Part shown: one piece after another, positions 51,239 through 61,344 of the stretch
How the letters are laid out: each line of letters begins with the position of its first letter
How positions within the stretch are numbered: position 1 is the stretch's first letter
Assembly: GCA_965263355.1 (NCBI GenBank)
Contig: CBDHHL010000032.1
Coordinates: 2,400,001 to 2,464,000, forward strand
Length of the DNA stretch: 64,000 nt
Reading direction: 5' to 3'
Source: Leptolyngbyaceae cyanobacterium
GTDB lineage: Bacteria; Cyanobacteriota; Cyanobacteriia; Phormidesmidales; Phormidesmidaceae
Made by a program: the position numbers and the translations under genes
Notes under the pieces: model-generated
The model's input: the letters and a program-made list of their open reading frames with translations, nothing else
Told to the model about the DNA's origin: nothing
Database searches by the model: none

Positions 51239-52519
51239 ATGATTCGCGAAGTGTTCATGCCCGCCCTTAGCTCAACTATGACTGAGGGAAAAATCGTTTC
51301 TTGGACAAAAGCCCCTGGTGACAAGGTAGAAAAGGGAGAAACCGTTGTCATTGTCGAGTCGGACAAGGCCGATATGGATGTCGAATCGTTCTATGAGGGG
51401 TACCTGGCTACCATCGTCGTAGCCGCTGGTGATGTGGCGACTGTGGGAAGTGCGATCGCACTACTCGCTGAAACCGAAGCCGAAATCGAAGCAGCCAAAC
51501 AACAAGGAGCCGCTGCTGCCCCTGCCGCTGCTGTCCCTGCCGCTGCTCCAACACCTGAGCCCGTTGCCGCTGCCGCCCCGGTTGCCACCTCACAAAATGG
51601 CAATAGTTCTGCTCCCAGCGGTCGTCTAATCGCCTCACCCCGCGCCAAAAAATTAGCCAAGCAATTTAAAATCGACCTCAAGACCTTAGCAGGATCTGGT
51701 CCCCACGGTCGCATCATTGCCCAGGATGTCGAAAAAGTAGCCGGTCAACCCTCTACACCGGTAGCTACAACCGTTGCCGCCCCTGCTGTGGCTACTGCCC
51801 CTGCCCCGGTGATTCCAGCTGCACCAACCGCACCGCCACCGGTCCCTGGTCAGGTAACCCCCTTCAACACCATGCAGCAGGCCGTCGTTCGCAATATGAA
51901 CGCCAGCCTGAGCGTGCCAGTTTTCCGCGTCAGCTATACCATTATCACCGATGCCTTAGATGCGCTTTATAAGCAAATCAAGCCTAAGGGGGTGACCATG
52001 ACGGGGCTGTTGGCTAAGGCCGTTGCCGTTACCTTAACGAAACACCCCGTTGTTAACGCCAGTTACACCGATGCTGGGATTCAGTACAATGGCGGTATCA
52101 ACATTGCGGTGGCGGTGGCTATGCCCGACGGTGGTTTGATTACCCCAGTACTACGGGGTGCTGACCAGATGGATATCTATTCCCTATCCCGCTCCTGGAA
52201 AGACCTAGTTGCCCGTTCTCGCAGTAAGCAACTCCAGCCAGAAGAATACACCACTGGTACCTTTACCCTGTCTAATTTGGGTATGTTTGGCGTTGAGAAT
52301 TTTGATGCTATTCTACCCCCCGGTACGGGCTCAATCTTGGCCATTGGTGGTGCTAAGCCCACTGTCATCGCTGATGCCAACGGTATGATCGGCGTCAAGA
52401 AGCAGATGACCGTTAACATTACCTGTGACCACCGCATTATCTACGGTGCTGACGGTGCAGCCTTCCTCAAAGATCTGGCTGACCTGATTGAAAACGATCC
52501 TCAGTCATTGACGCTATAG
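51239..52519 (+). CDS. pdhC: Pyruvate dehydrogenase E2, dihydrolipoamide acetyltransferase
   Basis: Lipoyl motif ESDKADM, Ala/Pro linkers, E3-binding domain ASPRAKKLA...GSGPHGRI, catalytic DHRIIYG. Confidence 0.97.
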   Translation: MIREVFMPALSSTMTEGKIVSWTKAPGDKVEKGETVVIVESDKADMDVESFYEGYLATIVVAAGDVATVGSAIALLAETEAEIEAAKQQGAAAAPAAAVPAAAPTPEPVAAAAPVATSQNGNSSAPSGRLIASPRAKKLAKQFKIDLKTLAGSGPHGRIIAQDVEKVAGQPSTPVATTVAAPAVATAPAPVIPAAPTAPPPVPGQVTPFNTMQQAVVRNMNASLSVPVFRVSYTIITDALDALYKQIKPKGVTMTGLLAKAVAVTLTKHPVVNASYTDAGIQYNGGINIAVAVAMPDGGLITPVLRGADQMDIYSLSRSWKDLVARSRSKQLQPEEYTTGTFTLSNLGMFGVENFDAILPPGTGSILAIGGAKPTVIADANGMIGVKKQMTVNITCDHRIIYGADGAAFLKDLADLIENDPQSLTL

Positions 52520-52590
52520 GATTTTGACCCATCCTAGAGGGTAAAACTACTCACTGCTCTCATTGGTCTGACACATCTTGATCGGCGTTG

Positions 52591-52624
52591 AAGACACCGC
52601 ATTAAAATAATGCGGTGTCTTTTT
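52591..52624 (+). terminator. Strong intrinsic terminator after pdhC
   Basis: Perfect 14-bp stem AAGACACCGCATTA-AAA-TAATGCGGTGTCTT followed by a T run. Confidence 0.8.
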
Positions 52625-52692
52625 GTAAAAGAGAACAGTGAGCAATACCACATCCAAATGAGTAAGCATTGTGAGGTTTCATGATTGGAGAA

Positions 52693-53352
52693 CTAAAACC
52701 GATAGTTGGATTCGTCAACCCACAGGCCGGCTAATACTGCATTCCCTTGACTATCCACCTTGATATCCACAACAAAAGCCTCTTGATTTTGCCACTGTGT
52801 ATTGCGAATATGCTTATTGATATCTGTTCTCTGGGCCTCTGGCATATAGTAACGTTCCAACCCGTAAGTTACCCGCCGACCAACGTATTGCCCTTTTAGC
52901 ACAATTTGATTGGTCTCTAGATCCTGAGGGCGTGTTTCACTGACGCGAATCGGTTGCCAGGGGGTAGGGGGTGAGGTCTCTGTTGTTGGAGTTTCTAAGA
53001 CAATATAAAAAGATTTGGGCTGATTGCTATATTCCGCAAAGATCTTGTCGCCGTTGGGAAGTGTTTTCAACGTCTCAAGTTGGGAAATGTCATAATTCAG
53101 AGTTTGGTAGTACCCTCTCAAAAAATCATAGGGATCTACAGGGGCGGTTTGGAGTGTAACGGATGTGCCTGTAACATAGGTATAGGCATCCTGGGCGGGG
53201 ACTGCCACAATCATTGCTGCCTGAATTAGTAATGGAGCCCACAATCGCCAACCGGGCAGTCTCCGATTAGGCAATGGTTCAATCGGTAACGGCTTACTAT
53301 CCGGCTTGGTAAGTGGTTTGATGCCAGGATTTTGAGATGAAGGAACTGTCAT
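52693..53352 (-). CDS. GDYXXLXY-domain membrane-anchored protein
   Basis: N-terminal TM, then TAPVDPYDFLRGYYQTLNY and YGLERYYMPE. Confidence 0.88.
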   Translation of the reverse strand: MTVPSSQNPGIKPLTKPDSKPLPIEPLPNRRLPGWRLWAPLLIQAAMIVAVPAQDAYTYVTGTSVTLQTAPVDPYDFLRGYYQTLNYDISQLETLKTLPNGDKIFAEYSNQPKSFYIVLETPTTETSPPTPWQPIRVSETRPQDLETNQIVLKGQYVGRRVTYGLERYYMPEAQRTDINKHIRNTQWQNQEAFVVDIKVDSQGNAVLAGLWVDESNYRF

Positions 53353-53442
53353 CGTACGGTATCCAAAAAAGATTGTTTAATAGTGTTGAAGCAGTTTGTA
53401 CCTAAATAGGGTGATACCACTGTCTGGTGGGCATTGTCCCTT

Positions 53443-54831
53443 CTACAAGCGCGCAGGTAAACGTTTGAGACGATGCTCAAACCATAGTCCTGCCATAATG
53501 ACTCCGATGCCACAGAGGGTGAGGACGAGAGCTTTTAACATTAAGCTTGTGTTGTATTCAAAGAAACGGCTAAGGAGGCCCAACACTAACAAGCCCATGC
53601 CTCCCCAAAAGGTGCGCCGTTCCCCCAATGCCAAACTATCTCGTAAAAGCGCCAGCGCTAACAAGAACAACATGGCATTGCACAAACTGGTGGCAATGAT
53701 AGGGATCCCCTCCAGGGCTATGTGGAGCGTTAATATGCCAGTAGAAACGATGAGGATAAGGGCGATCGCAACTGTATTGACAGATTTTTCTTGCCAGCGG
53801 GTCCAATTTTTCAGCTGGTGACGTAACCGCAGCCAACCCAGTCCAGTAAACACGCTAATAACCAGACTGTTGACAAACCACCAGGACGGTTCAGTAAATA
53901 GTCTATCGGGAACCAAGTGTGGGTTATCCCAAATTGCCTTAAATGAACAGACATAAAGCATCAGGCTCAGCAGCCAAACCGTGAGGCTACGGGCAATCGC
54001 TTGCAATGGATCGGGTTGGGTGTTGCTAGAACGGGGGGTAAATCTCCATATTTCTCGATCATAGGCCCAGAGGCAGGCAGCCGGGAGGAGAAAAGAAAGC
54101 GTAAGCAGCCCGTTTTCAAAATCAATTAACAGGTTTAAGGTAAATGCGATCGCAAACCCCAGACCAGCTAGGACAAACACCACCCGCGACCGACACCAGT
54201 AGGCCAGGGGCACAAACAATCCCCCTACTATCAGTGGCATTAGCTTCATTAGCGTCTCTAGCCAGCTGGTCTCCGCTGAAAATAAACCAGAAACTGCCCA
54301 CGAACCGTAACTAATTGCCATCAAGCCCCAAGCCAACACCCCTAGAGATGTGAGCCTGAGACTATAGGCCATTAACGTCACCCCTATTCCCCAGAAAAAG
54401 TAGAGCCCATAGGCTGGACCACTCTGGTGAAACATCTGTGACATCAGCGCCATATTTGCCCCTAGGGACAATGCCCCTGTCAACAAAAGAGCGTGGCCTA
54501 GCCGCTGTAACCCTTTTTTGTTGACGGGTCTACGCCAAAGATAAAACCCCGCTGCATTGACCCCGACAAACAGCGCCATAAGCAAGCAAACTCGAAAACT
54601 GCGAGACCACACCTGCCAGTTAGCTGCCACAAAAGTAATCAGCCCTAACCCCAGCAAGATGCCGCCCAGACCCAACAAAATAGCCACAAATTGATTTTGA
54701 GCGTCCGGTTCAATCTCACGAAATTTATAGCGCTCAGATAGTTGCTCGTAGATATCTACTGTGATCACGCCTTCTTGCCACCATTGCTCTGCTTCTTTGC
54801 GAAGCTGTCGACGAAACTTAGACATAGCCAC
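53443..54831 (-). CDS. DUF2157-domain polytopic membrane protein
   Basis: WWQEGVI, LGGILLGLGLITFVAANW, GANMALMSQMFH; many TMs; usual partner of GDYXXLXY genes. Confidence 0.85.
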   Translation of the reverse strand: MAMSKFRRQLRKEAEQWWQEGVITVDIYEQLSERYKFREIEPDAQNQFVAILLGLGGILLGLGLITFVAANWQVWSRSFRVCLLMALFVGVNAAGFYLWRRPVNKKGLQRLGHALLLTGALSLGANMALMSQMFHQSGPAYGLYFFWGIGVTLMAYSLRLTSLGVLAWGLMAISYGSWAVSGLFSAETSWLETLMKLMPLIVGGLFVPLAYWCRSRVVFVLAGLGFAIAFTLNLLIDFENGLLTLSFLLPAACLWAYDREIWRFTPRSSNTQPDPLQAIARSLTVWLLSLMLYVCSFKAIWDNPHLVPDRLFTEPSWWFVNSLVISVFTGLGWLRLRHQLKNWTRWQEKSVNTVAIALILIVSTGILTLHIALEGIPIIATSLCNAMLFLLALALLRDSLALGERRTFWGGMGLLVLGLLSRFFEYNTSLMLKALVLTLCGIGVIMAGLWFEHRLKRLPARL

Positions 54832-54943
54832 TACTGGACGAAAAAATTATTTGTCTATGCCACCATTTTGGCCATGACGCCTGTGAATACTCAATGAGTA
54901 TGCTGTAGCCAACTGAACTAGCTGCGGTGGATCAGGTATGACA

Positions 54944-54983
54944 CGAAGTAAAGCGAATTTAACCGAAGTAAAGCGAAGTAGAT
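54944..54983. repeat. Four tandem 10-bp units in a divergent promoter region
   Basis: CGAAGTAAAG / CGAATTTAAC / CGAAGTAAAG / CGAAGTAGAT. Confidence 0.65.
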
Positions 54984-55179
54984 ATTGCAACCATCGACGG
55001 ATGCATAGGGAAATAGACGATTAAGATGTCTTTAAATCTAAAGGAATACCCATAGAAATGAGAGCTTAGCAAATGGGTAAAACATACTTATCGGCGTAGG
55101 CATGTATAAGCCCGTTGAACATCATCCGATGGATTGATGGGCAAGTTGACCAACGTTACGGTTTACAAGGTTATAGTCC

Positions 55180-56069
55180 ATGGAATTCAAGCAGCTTATC
55201 CTTTTAGGACCGCCTGGCATTGGGGTTAAGGAGCAAGCCATACATTATCCCAACGCTGGCATATTCCCTATGTGTCCATGGGGCAGTTAGTGTATAGTGC
55301 CATCGCTCAGGGATCGACCATTGGTCTGGAGATTCAATCCTATGTGGATGCTGGAGAGCTGATTCCAGATGCATTGGCGATAAAGCTGCTCCGGCAGCGA
55401 TTTGAACAGCCAGATGTCATGTTAAAGGGCTGGGTTTTAGAGGGGTTTCCCCGTACTGTAGCTCAGGCTCAATGGCTTAATGAATGGTTATCGAAAGTTG
55501 GTCAACCTGTGGCGAAGGTTGCTCATCTAAAGGCAATGACTGGGCTATTAATTAATCGACTGGCGACGGCGGCAGGGCCAGATATGTCTGTTTCAGCTAT
55601 TCGTCGTCGTTTGACCCTCCACCAAGAAGAGACGTTGCCGTTACTTGATTACTATCAACAGCAAGAACAACTAACAACAATTAACGCCAGCCTATCTGTT
55701 GTTGAGATCACCCAGGCTTTGTCTGCGTTGTTTGAGGCGGAGACGGGGGCAGCCCGCTTTATTAGAGACGAATCAGAACTGAATTCTCTTTTGGCTAAGG
55801 AATCGCTGTTGGTGGTGGATTGTATGGCGTCCTGGTGTGGGTCTTGCAAGTTGGTAACGCCGCTGATCGATCAGCTGGCAGATGCATATAAAGATCGCGT
55901 CAATGTAATGAAGATAGATTTTGATGCGAATAAGCAGGTACCCAAGCGATTTGGATTAACGGGAATGCCAGCGGTGATGTTCTTTAAAGATGGTGAACTG
56001 ATGGAAACACTAACAGGAGTAAAGCCCTATCAAGCATACAATGCTGCTCTAACACGTTTTCTGGAATGA
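55180..56069 (+). pseudogene. Adenylate-kinase-like domain fused to thioredoxin; frameshift near codon 21 (or sequencing error)
   Basis: ATG 55180 gives MEFKQLILLGPPGIGVKEQAI. The sequence continues in another frame from 55245 as LSQRWHIPYVSMGQL..GELIPD..GWVLEGFPRTVAQA, then thioredoxin ASWCGSCK..GMPAVMFFKDG. Confidence 0.8.
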
Positions 56070-56222
56070 TGACCTAATTTTCTAAAAGCTTTACTGAATG
56101 TCCATACCATAGCTAAAACCATAAACTTAATTTTTCACCAGCCCTTAGATAGTTTTAACCACTGATAAGTCACTTGAGGTATACCATTGCGGAAAAGCCC
56201 TAATGGTTTATGAGGATTTATC

Positions 56223-56732
56223 ATGACAATTTCCATGTATCAAGCCTTGGTACCTTCACTGATTCGTGCGCTTAAGAACCTAATCGGCATTCTGGAAAAA
56301 GGGGCAGCCTATGCGGACGCTAAAAGTATTGATCCAACGGTTTTGCTCAATAGCCGACTGTATCCCGACATGTTTCCCTTATCCCGCCAGGTCCAGATTG
56401 TCTCTGACCTATCTAGACGTGGTGTAGCCAGACTAGCAGGGGTTGAAGCACCCAAGATGGAAGATACAGAAACCACCATTCCTGAACTGATTGACCGATT
56501 ACAACAGTCCATTGCCTACGTAGAAACCTTTACCGCTGACCAAATTGATGGCACAGAGGAAAAAGTCCTGACCATGCCTATTGGCAGAGGCGAAACCATG
56601 GATATTGAAGGATGGTCGTTTCTTTCATTCTTTGTTTTACCCAATGTTTATTTTCATCTGACAACGGCTTATGACATTCTCCGACACAATGGTGTAGAAC
56701 TTGGTAAGCGAGATTACCTAGGGCAACCGTAG
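56223..56732 (+). CDS. DUF1993-family protein
   Basis: RLYPDMFPLSRQVQ, PNVYFHLTTAYDILRHNGVELGKRDYLG. Confidence 0.92.
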   Translation: MTISMYQALVPSLIRALKNLIGILEKGAAYADAKSIDPTVLLNSRLYPDMFPLSRQVQIVSDLSRRGVARLAGVEAPKMEDTETTIPELIDRLQQSIAYVETFTADQIDGTEEKVLTMPIGRGETMDIEGWSFLSFFVLPNVYFHLTTAYDILRHNGVELGKRDYLGQP

Positions 56733-56896
56733 GAAGCTCCTCCTAGACCTACCTTCAAGTTTTAGGTAAACCCAACTAATTATTAGGGCAATCCACCCCC
56801 CACAGCAAAGTCGTGTAAACGCTATCCTATTGCTTAAAGGGGGACACTAAAACCCTTCATAGTTGCAACAGAAAACATCTTTTTCAGGAGCACACA

Positions 56897-57508
56897 ATGC
56901 TGGACTCTCTCCTCGATTTGCTGCAGCAGATCGATCTATCCGCCCTCGGCGACATCAGCGAACTTGACTGGGCCAACATTGCCACCTACGGTGCCCTAAT
57001 CGTTGCCTTCGTAGGCATCATCTGGACCGCAGCCAAAAATTTCTTAAAAATACTATGGCAGAAAACTGAAGGATTTATCGGATTTATCGTCAGTACCCTG
57101 GTTGTTATTTCCCTGTGGTACACCCTCTTAAGGGTCCATATCAGTATCTCTTTTAATCTAGATAAAGAAGTTTTTGACAATCTCCTCTGGTTTTCCGCTA
57201 TTCTGTTCACACCCTACTATTTAATTCATTACAACCTGCTCAAAGGGGTTGTACTCACTATCGTCAGAAGTGTAGAACTATTGCTTGATCTACTTGTTTT
57301 CTCTTGGTTCACTGACAAAGCTGAGCAGAACCGCCAAAAATGGCGCACCCGCATAGGTAACGTATACACCACTTGGAAAACCAACTTTGAAGACATTTTC
57401 CAGAGAGGCGTTATGGTAGAGCAAGACTCGTCAGTATCATCTAATCTAAACTCTGCCGTAGACTTAGAAACTGAAACAGAAGAATTAGAGGAGCAAGCTT
57501 CGGCTTAG
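56897..57508 (+). CDS. Hypothetical membrane protein (about 3 TMs, acidic tail)
   Basis: AGGAG Shine-Dalgarno (SD) sequence before the ATG; hydrophobic segments; no recognised domain. Confidence 0.7.
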   Translation: MLDSLLDLLQQIDLSALGDISELDWANIATYGALIVAFVGIIWTAAKNFLKILWQKTEGFIGFIVSTLVVISLWYTLLRVHISISFNLDKEVFDNLLWFSAILFTPYYLIHYNLLKGVVLTIVRSVELLLDLLVFSWFTDKAEQNRQKWRTRIGNVYTTWKTNFEDIFQRGVMVEQDSSVSSNLNSAVDLETETEELEEQASA

Positions 57509-57509
57509 G

Positions 57510-57713
57510 AGCATTGGCGATTGACAGTTCGGCTTTCAGGATTTGTTCTGCTCTACGTTCTAATGTTGAAAATGTGGGTGAGTACGGTTGTTGCTCACCC
57601 ATAAATGTTTGTTCCTGATACCCATCATCCACAAGCTCATAGCGAGTATCCGTACCATCGTTACACCCATTTGGATACAAGAAATTAAGCTTCACAACCG
57701 ATCTTGATGTCAA
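57510..57713 (-). pseudogene. Uma2-family endonuclease relic with an internal deletion
   Basis: The N-terminal motif DGTDTRYELVD is joined directly to the C-terminal motif GYQEQTFMGEQ..SPTF..AEQIL; the nuclease core is absent. Confidence 0.7.
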
Positions 57714-57779
57714 GCATCTGCTACCCCAATCTCAGTGATAGCCTGGAGTCGCTGACAGAACTCTGCCGGAGATATATCA

Positions 57780-60026
57780 ATGGACAAGCGCGATCCAGCC
57801 AATCCACCAAATCAGGAACACCCAAGCCAGGCCATTGGTGGTGGCTTACCCCTGATCCAACAGTGGGCCACCTACACCCTCAGTTCCCAAGGTCCTAAAC
57901 TCTGGCAAACGCTGTTTCACAAAAGTGCCTGTCTCTCCTGTGCCTGGGGTACGGGTGGTCAAAAAGGGGGATTTAGCAACGAGTTAGAAGAACCCCTCCA
58001 GCGCTGTGCCAAAAGTGTAGAAGCGATTAAGGCAGAACTGCAGCCTGCGGTCAAACCCCACATTTTTCAACACCAAACCCTGATACAGCTGCAACAGCTT
58101 ACCTCCCACGCAGCTGATCGCTTAGGTCGATTGAGTACCCCGCTGATCTTACGCTCCGGGCAATCCCACTATCAACCCATTGCCTGGGATGATGTTTATG
58201 AACTGGTAGAAACTGCATTTCGTCGCTCCCCCGAACGGGTTGCTTCCTATAGCTCTGGTCGCTCTTCTAACGAGGCGGCTTTTCTATTACAATTAATGCT
58301 GCGGGCCATGGGCTCCAACAATCTGGCCGATTGTTCTGATCTGTGTCATCGAGCCTCTGCTGTGGGGTTAAAAGCGGTTTTTGGTACGGGGACCTCTCTG
58401 GTGAGTCTGGCCAGCCTAAAGCAAGCCGACTGTGTGGTGCTGATTGGTTCTAATGCTCCGGCGAATCATCCCCGTCTGATGAATGAGCTGATTAAACTAC
58501 GGGATGAGCGCAATGGCAAGGTGATTATTATCAACCCTGTCAAGGAAGTGGGTCTAGTGAAATTTGGCTCCCCTGCTTTTCCCTTAAAATCACTGGTTCC
58601 TGGTACAGACATTGCATCTTTATTTCTACAGCCCATCCCTGGGAGTGATTTAGCCCTGCTAGTCGGTATTCAAAAATCTCTTATTGATCGTGACTTAATT
58701 GATGTTCCCTTTCTCCAGGCGCACACTGAAAATTGGGAGGCGGTGCTTGATCAAGCTAAGGCGACCTCCTGGGAACAGATTGTCACCACCTGTGGTGTTT
58801 CCCAAGCAGAGATTGAAGCTGCGGCCACGATCATCAGCCAGTCGTCACGGGTAGTATTTGCCTGGGCCATGGGTATCACCCAACAGGTCAATGGAGTGGA
58901 GAGTATCTTTGCCATTGCTAACACCGCCTTGATCACTGGTAATGCCGGTAAACTTGGTGCAGGCTTGATGCCCATTCGCGGTCATTCTAATGTGCAGGGG
59001 TTTGGCTCCATGGGGGTGACCAACAATTTAAAGGATGAGATTCGTCTGGCCTTAGAAAAGGTGTTGGGAAAGTCTCTTAATCGGGTGCCGGGTTATGATG
59101 CGCGTTCTTTGATGGATGCTGCCGATGCAGGCAAAGTGGACACTCTCCTCTGTTTAGGTGGCAATTTCTATGGGGCAAATCCTGATTTACATCAAGCGAA
59201 ACGTGCCCTGGCTCAAATTGATACCATTATCTACCTGGCCACCAAGCCGAATCTTGGTCACTTCCATGGTCTAGCTCGCAAAAACACGTTGATTATTCCG
59301 GTCTATGCCCGGTTTGAAAATCCCCACAAGACAACGGTTGAATCTGGCAACAACTTTGTTCGGCTGAATGATCCAGGTAAAACCCATTTACAGAATGCTG
59401 ACCTGGTGGCGGAAATTGATTTTATTACGGAGCTGGCCTACCGACTCTTTGGGGATACTCCAGTGGACTGGCGAAAGCTTAAGGATACGCACTATGTCCG
59501 ACAGCTGATTGCTCAGACGATTCCGGGATATGGTGCGATCGCAACCATTGACCAAACCAACCAAGAATTCACCATCGCTGGCCGCATCTTCACCGAACCC
59601 AATTTCCCCACCCCTTCAGGCAAAGCCCAAATGCAGCTCACACCACTGCCAACCCTCTCCCTGCCCCAACCTCAAGACTTCGATGGACCGGATCAGGGCA
59701 TTGTCGTTGCCCTAATTACCGGGCGTAGCTATGGTCAGCACAATACTGTGGTCTATCGCACAGAAGACCGCTATCGCGGCATGCCCCACCGTCACTGCAT
59801 TTTGATGAATCCTGACGATGTGGCCCAGGCTGGATTTTCGGATCATCAGCGGGTCACCGTTCAGGGGGATGCGGACAAACTAGAAAATATCGAAATTATC
59901 TGTGGTGCCGTTCGACGGGGGGCAGCGCTAATGTTTTACCCTGAAGCGAATGTGTTGATGAAGGCCAGAGTAGACGAAAAATCAAAAACTCCCGCCTACA
60001 AACGAGTCCCAGTTCTGGTGTATTAG
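57780..60026 (+). CDS. FdhF/YdeP-family molybdopterin oxidoreductase
   Basis: CLSCAWG, GRL..PL, YSSGRSSNEA, NNLADCSDLCH, PIRGHSNVQG, TGRSYGQHNT, SKTPAYK. Confidence 0.92.
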   Translation: MDKRDPANPPNQEHPSQAIGGGLPLIQQWATYTLSSQGPKLWQTLFHKSACLSCAWGTGGQKGGFSNELEEPLQRCAKSVEAIKAELQPAVKPHIFQHQTLIQLQQLTSHAADRLGRLSTPLILRSGQSHYQPIAWDDVYELVETAFRRSPERVASYSSGRSSNEAAFLLQLMLRAMGSNNLADCSDLCHRASAVGLKAVFGTGTSLVSLASLKQADCVVLIGSNAPANHPRLMNELIKLRDERNGKVIIINPVKEVGLVKFGSPAFPLKSLVPGTDIASLFLQPIPGSDLALLVGIQKSLIDRDLIDVPFLQAHTENWEAVLDQAKATSWEQIVTTCGVSQAEIEAAATIISQSSRVVFAWAMGITQQVNGVESIFAIANTALITGNAGKLGAGLMPIRGHSNVQGFGSMGVTNNLKDEIRLALEKVLGKSLNRVPGYDARSLMDAADAGKVDTLLCLGGNFYGANPDLHQAKRALAQIDTIIYLATKPNLGHFHGLARKNTLIIPVYARFENPHKTTVESGNNFVRLNDPGKTHLQNADLVAEIDFITELAYRLFGDTPVDWRKLKDTHYVRQLIAQTIPGYGAIATIDQTNQEFTIAGRIFTEPNFPTPSGKAQMQLTPLPTLSLPQPQDFDGPDQGIVVALITGRSYGQHNTVVYRTEDRYRGMPHRHCILMNPDDVAQAGFSDHQRVTVQGDADKLENIEIICGAVRRGAALMFYPEANVLMKARVDEKSKTPAYKRVPVLVY

Positions 60027-60109
60027 CCCTGATTGTTGCTTACCCATGGGTAGGCAGTTATTCGGGGCGGGGTTTACCATGGAAACCATTTGGGCTGTTA
60101 CTGGTAAAC

Positions 60110-60724
60110 TTGATGTTGAGACCATGGTTTAGTCGCCGCACCATTGTACGAATGTTTCCTGCAACGCTGATAGCATTTGTATCAGTGACCTGCAGTCGGG
60201 CGTTTAAAGATACGACTAATCAATCTGCGCAAGCGTTGCAACCCACGCCCGCCTGTGGTGACGATGCCACAACTCCATCCCAAACTGAAGGACCGTTCTA
60301 CACACCGAACTCTCCACAACGAATGTCTTTGTTGGAACCTGGACTTGCTGGAACTCCGATAATTGTCACCGGTCAAGTATTGTCATCAAACTGTGGGCCC
60401 ATCGCAGGTGCTTTGGTAGATTTCTGGCACACTAATGAGCAAGGTGAATACGACAATAGCGGTTACACGTTTCGCGGCCATCAGTTTACAGATGCAGATG
60501 GACGCTACCAGATAGAGACCATCGTGCCAGGTATTTATCCTGGACGTACCCGCCATTTCCATGTAAAAGTCCAGGCACCGAATCAGCCTGTGCTCACCAC
60601 CCAGCTGTATTTTCCAGATGAACCCACCAATCAGAGAGATTTTCTGTTTAATCCAGTATTGTTAATGGTTGTGAATGATAAGGACGGCCTAAAAAAGGCC
60701 ACATTTAACTTTGTCCTAGCTTGA
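60110..60724 (+). CDS. Intradiol ring-cleavage dioxygenase-like protein, probably Tat-exported
   Basis: SRRTIV signal; EGPFY, VDFWH..GEYD, RGHQFTD, YPGRTRHFHVKV, TQLYF. Confidence 0.88.
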   Translation: MMLRPWFSRRTIVRMFPATLIAFVSVTCSRAFKDTTNQSAQALQPTPACGDDATTPSQTEGPFYTPNSPQRMSLLEPGLAGTPIIVTGQVLSSNCGPIAGALVDFWHTNEQGEYDNSGYTFRGHQFTDADGRYQIETIVPGIYPGRTRHFHVKVQAPNQPVLTTQLYFPDEPTNQRDFLFNPVLLMVVNDKDGLKKATFNFVLA

Positions 60725-60784
60725 GGGACTTAAGACCGTAATCAAGTTTCATTGGGCTGTATTAACCCTTGTGCTAAATAGCCT

Positions 60785-61343
60785 GTGCGCATTATGAGTA
60801 GGTATAGCAAAAAGTGGTCTAGCCTCAAGATTGTTAGTGAAACGCCAGAACTGCTAATTTTGAAGACTCATCATGGTCACTCTGTGTGTGTTGGGCTAAT
60901 ACTAACGATTGCGGTACTTTTAGGAGTAGGTACACTTTTACTTGGCATCGTAATTGTCTACCTAGCCTTTACGACAGAACTCCAGATGTTGTTCCAGGTT
61001 CTCTGGATGATACTGTTTGGTACTTGCGCTATTTGCCTTGGAGGAATTGTTCCTGCAGTCGTTTTGAAACATTTTGCTACCTCGCAAACATGGACCTTTG
61101 ATCGCCATGAAAGAACCCTCTATCAAGTCCGCAAAAGCTTTTATCGGACCTATATTTCCAATTATCCCCTTGCAGACATTGTCCGAGTTTATGTCAATCA
61201 GCGCGATCAAGGGTCAGATGCTTCCTATCGCATCGGCTTTAAGGTCAGGCCAAAAACTCTCCCTAAGTTTCTGGACCGGTCCCCACATGCAAGGCCCAGA
61301 AACCCAAATGGTAGAGTACATTCAAGCCTTTTTATATGGTTAA
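60785..61343 (+). pseudogene. Two-TM hypothetical protein with a probable frameshift near 61235-61241
   Basis: After SYRIG, the shifted frame gives LRSGQKLSL...VEYIQAFLYG* (TAA 61341-61343), a natural-looking end just before a MITE. The unshifted frame reads on into the MITE. Confidence 0.55.
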
Positions 61344-61344
61344 C

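Noticed and set aside
54944..54983. CRISPR-like interpretation of the short repeats here and at 32113
   Set aside because: The units are too short, there are no unique spacers of regular length, and there are no cas genes.
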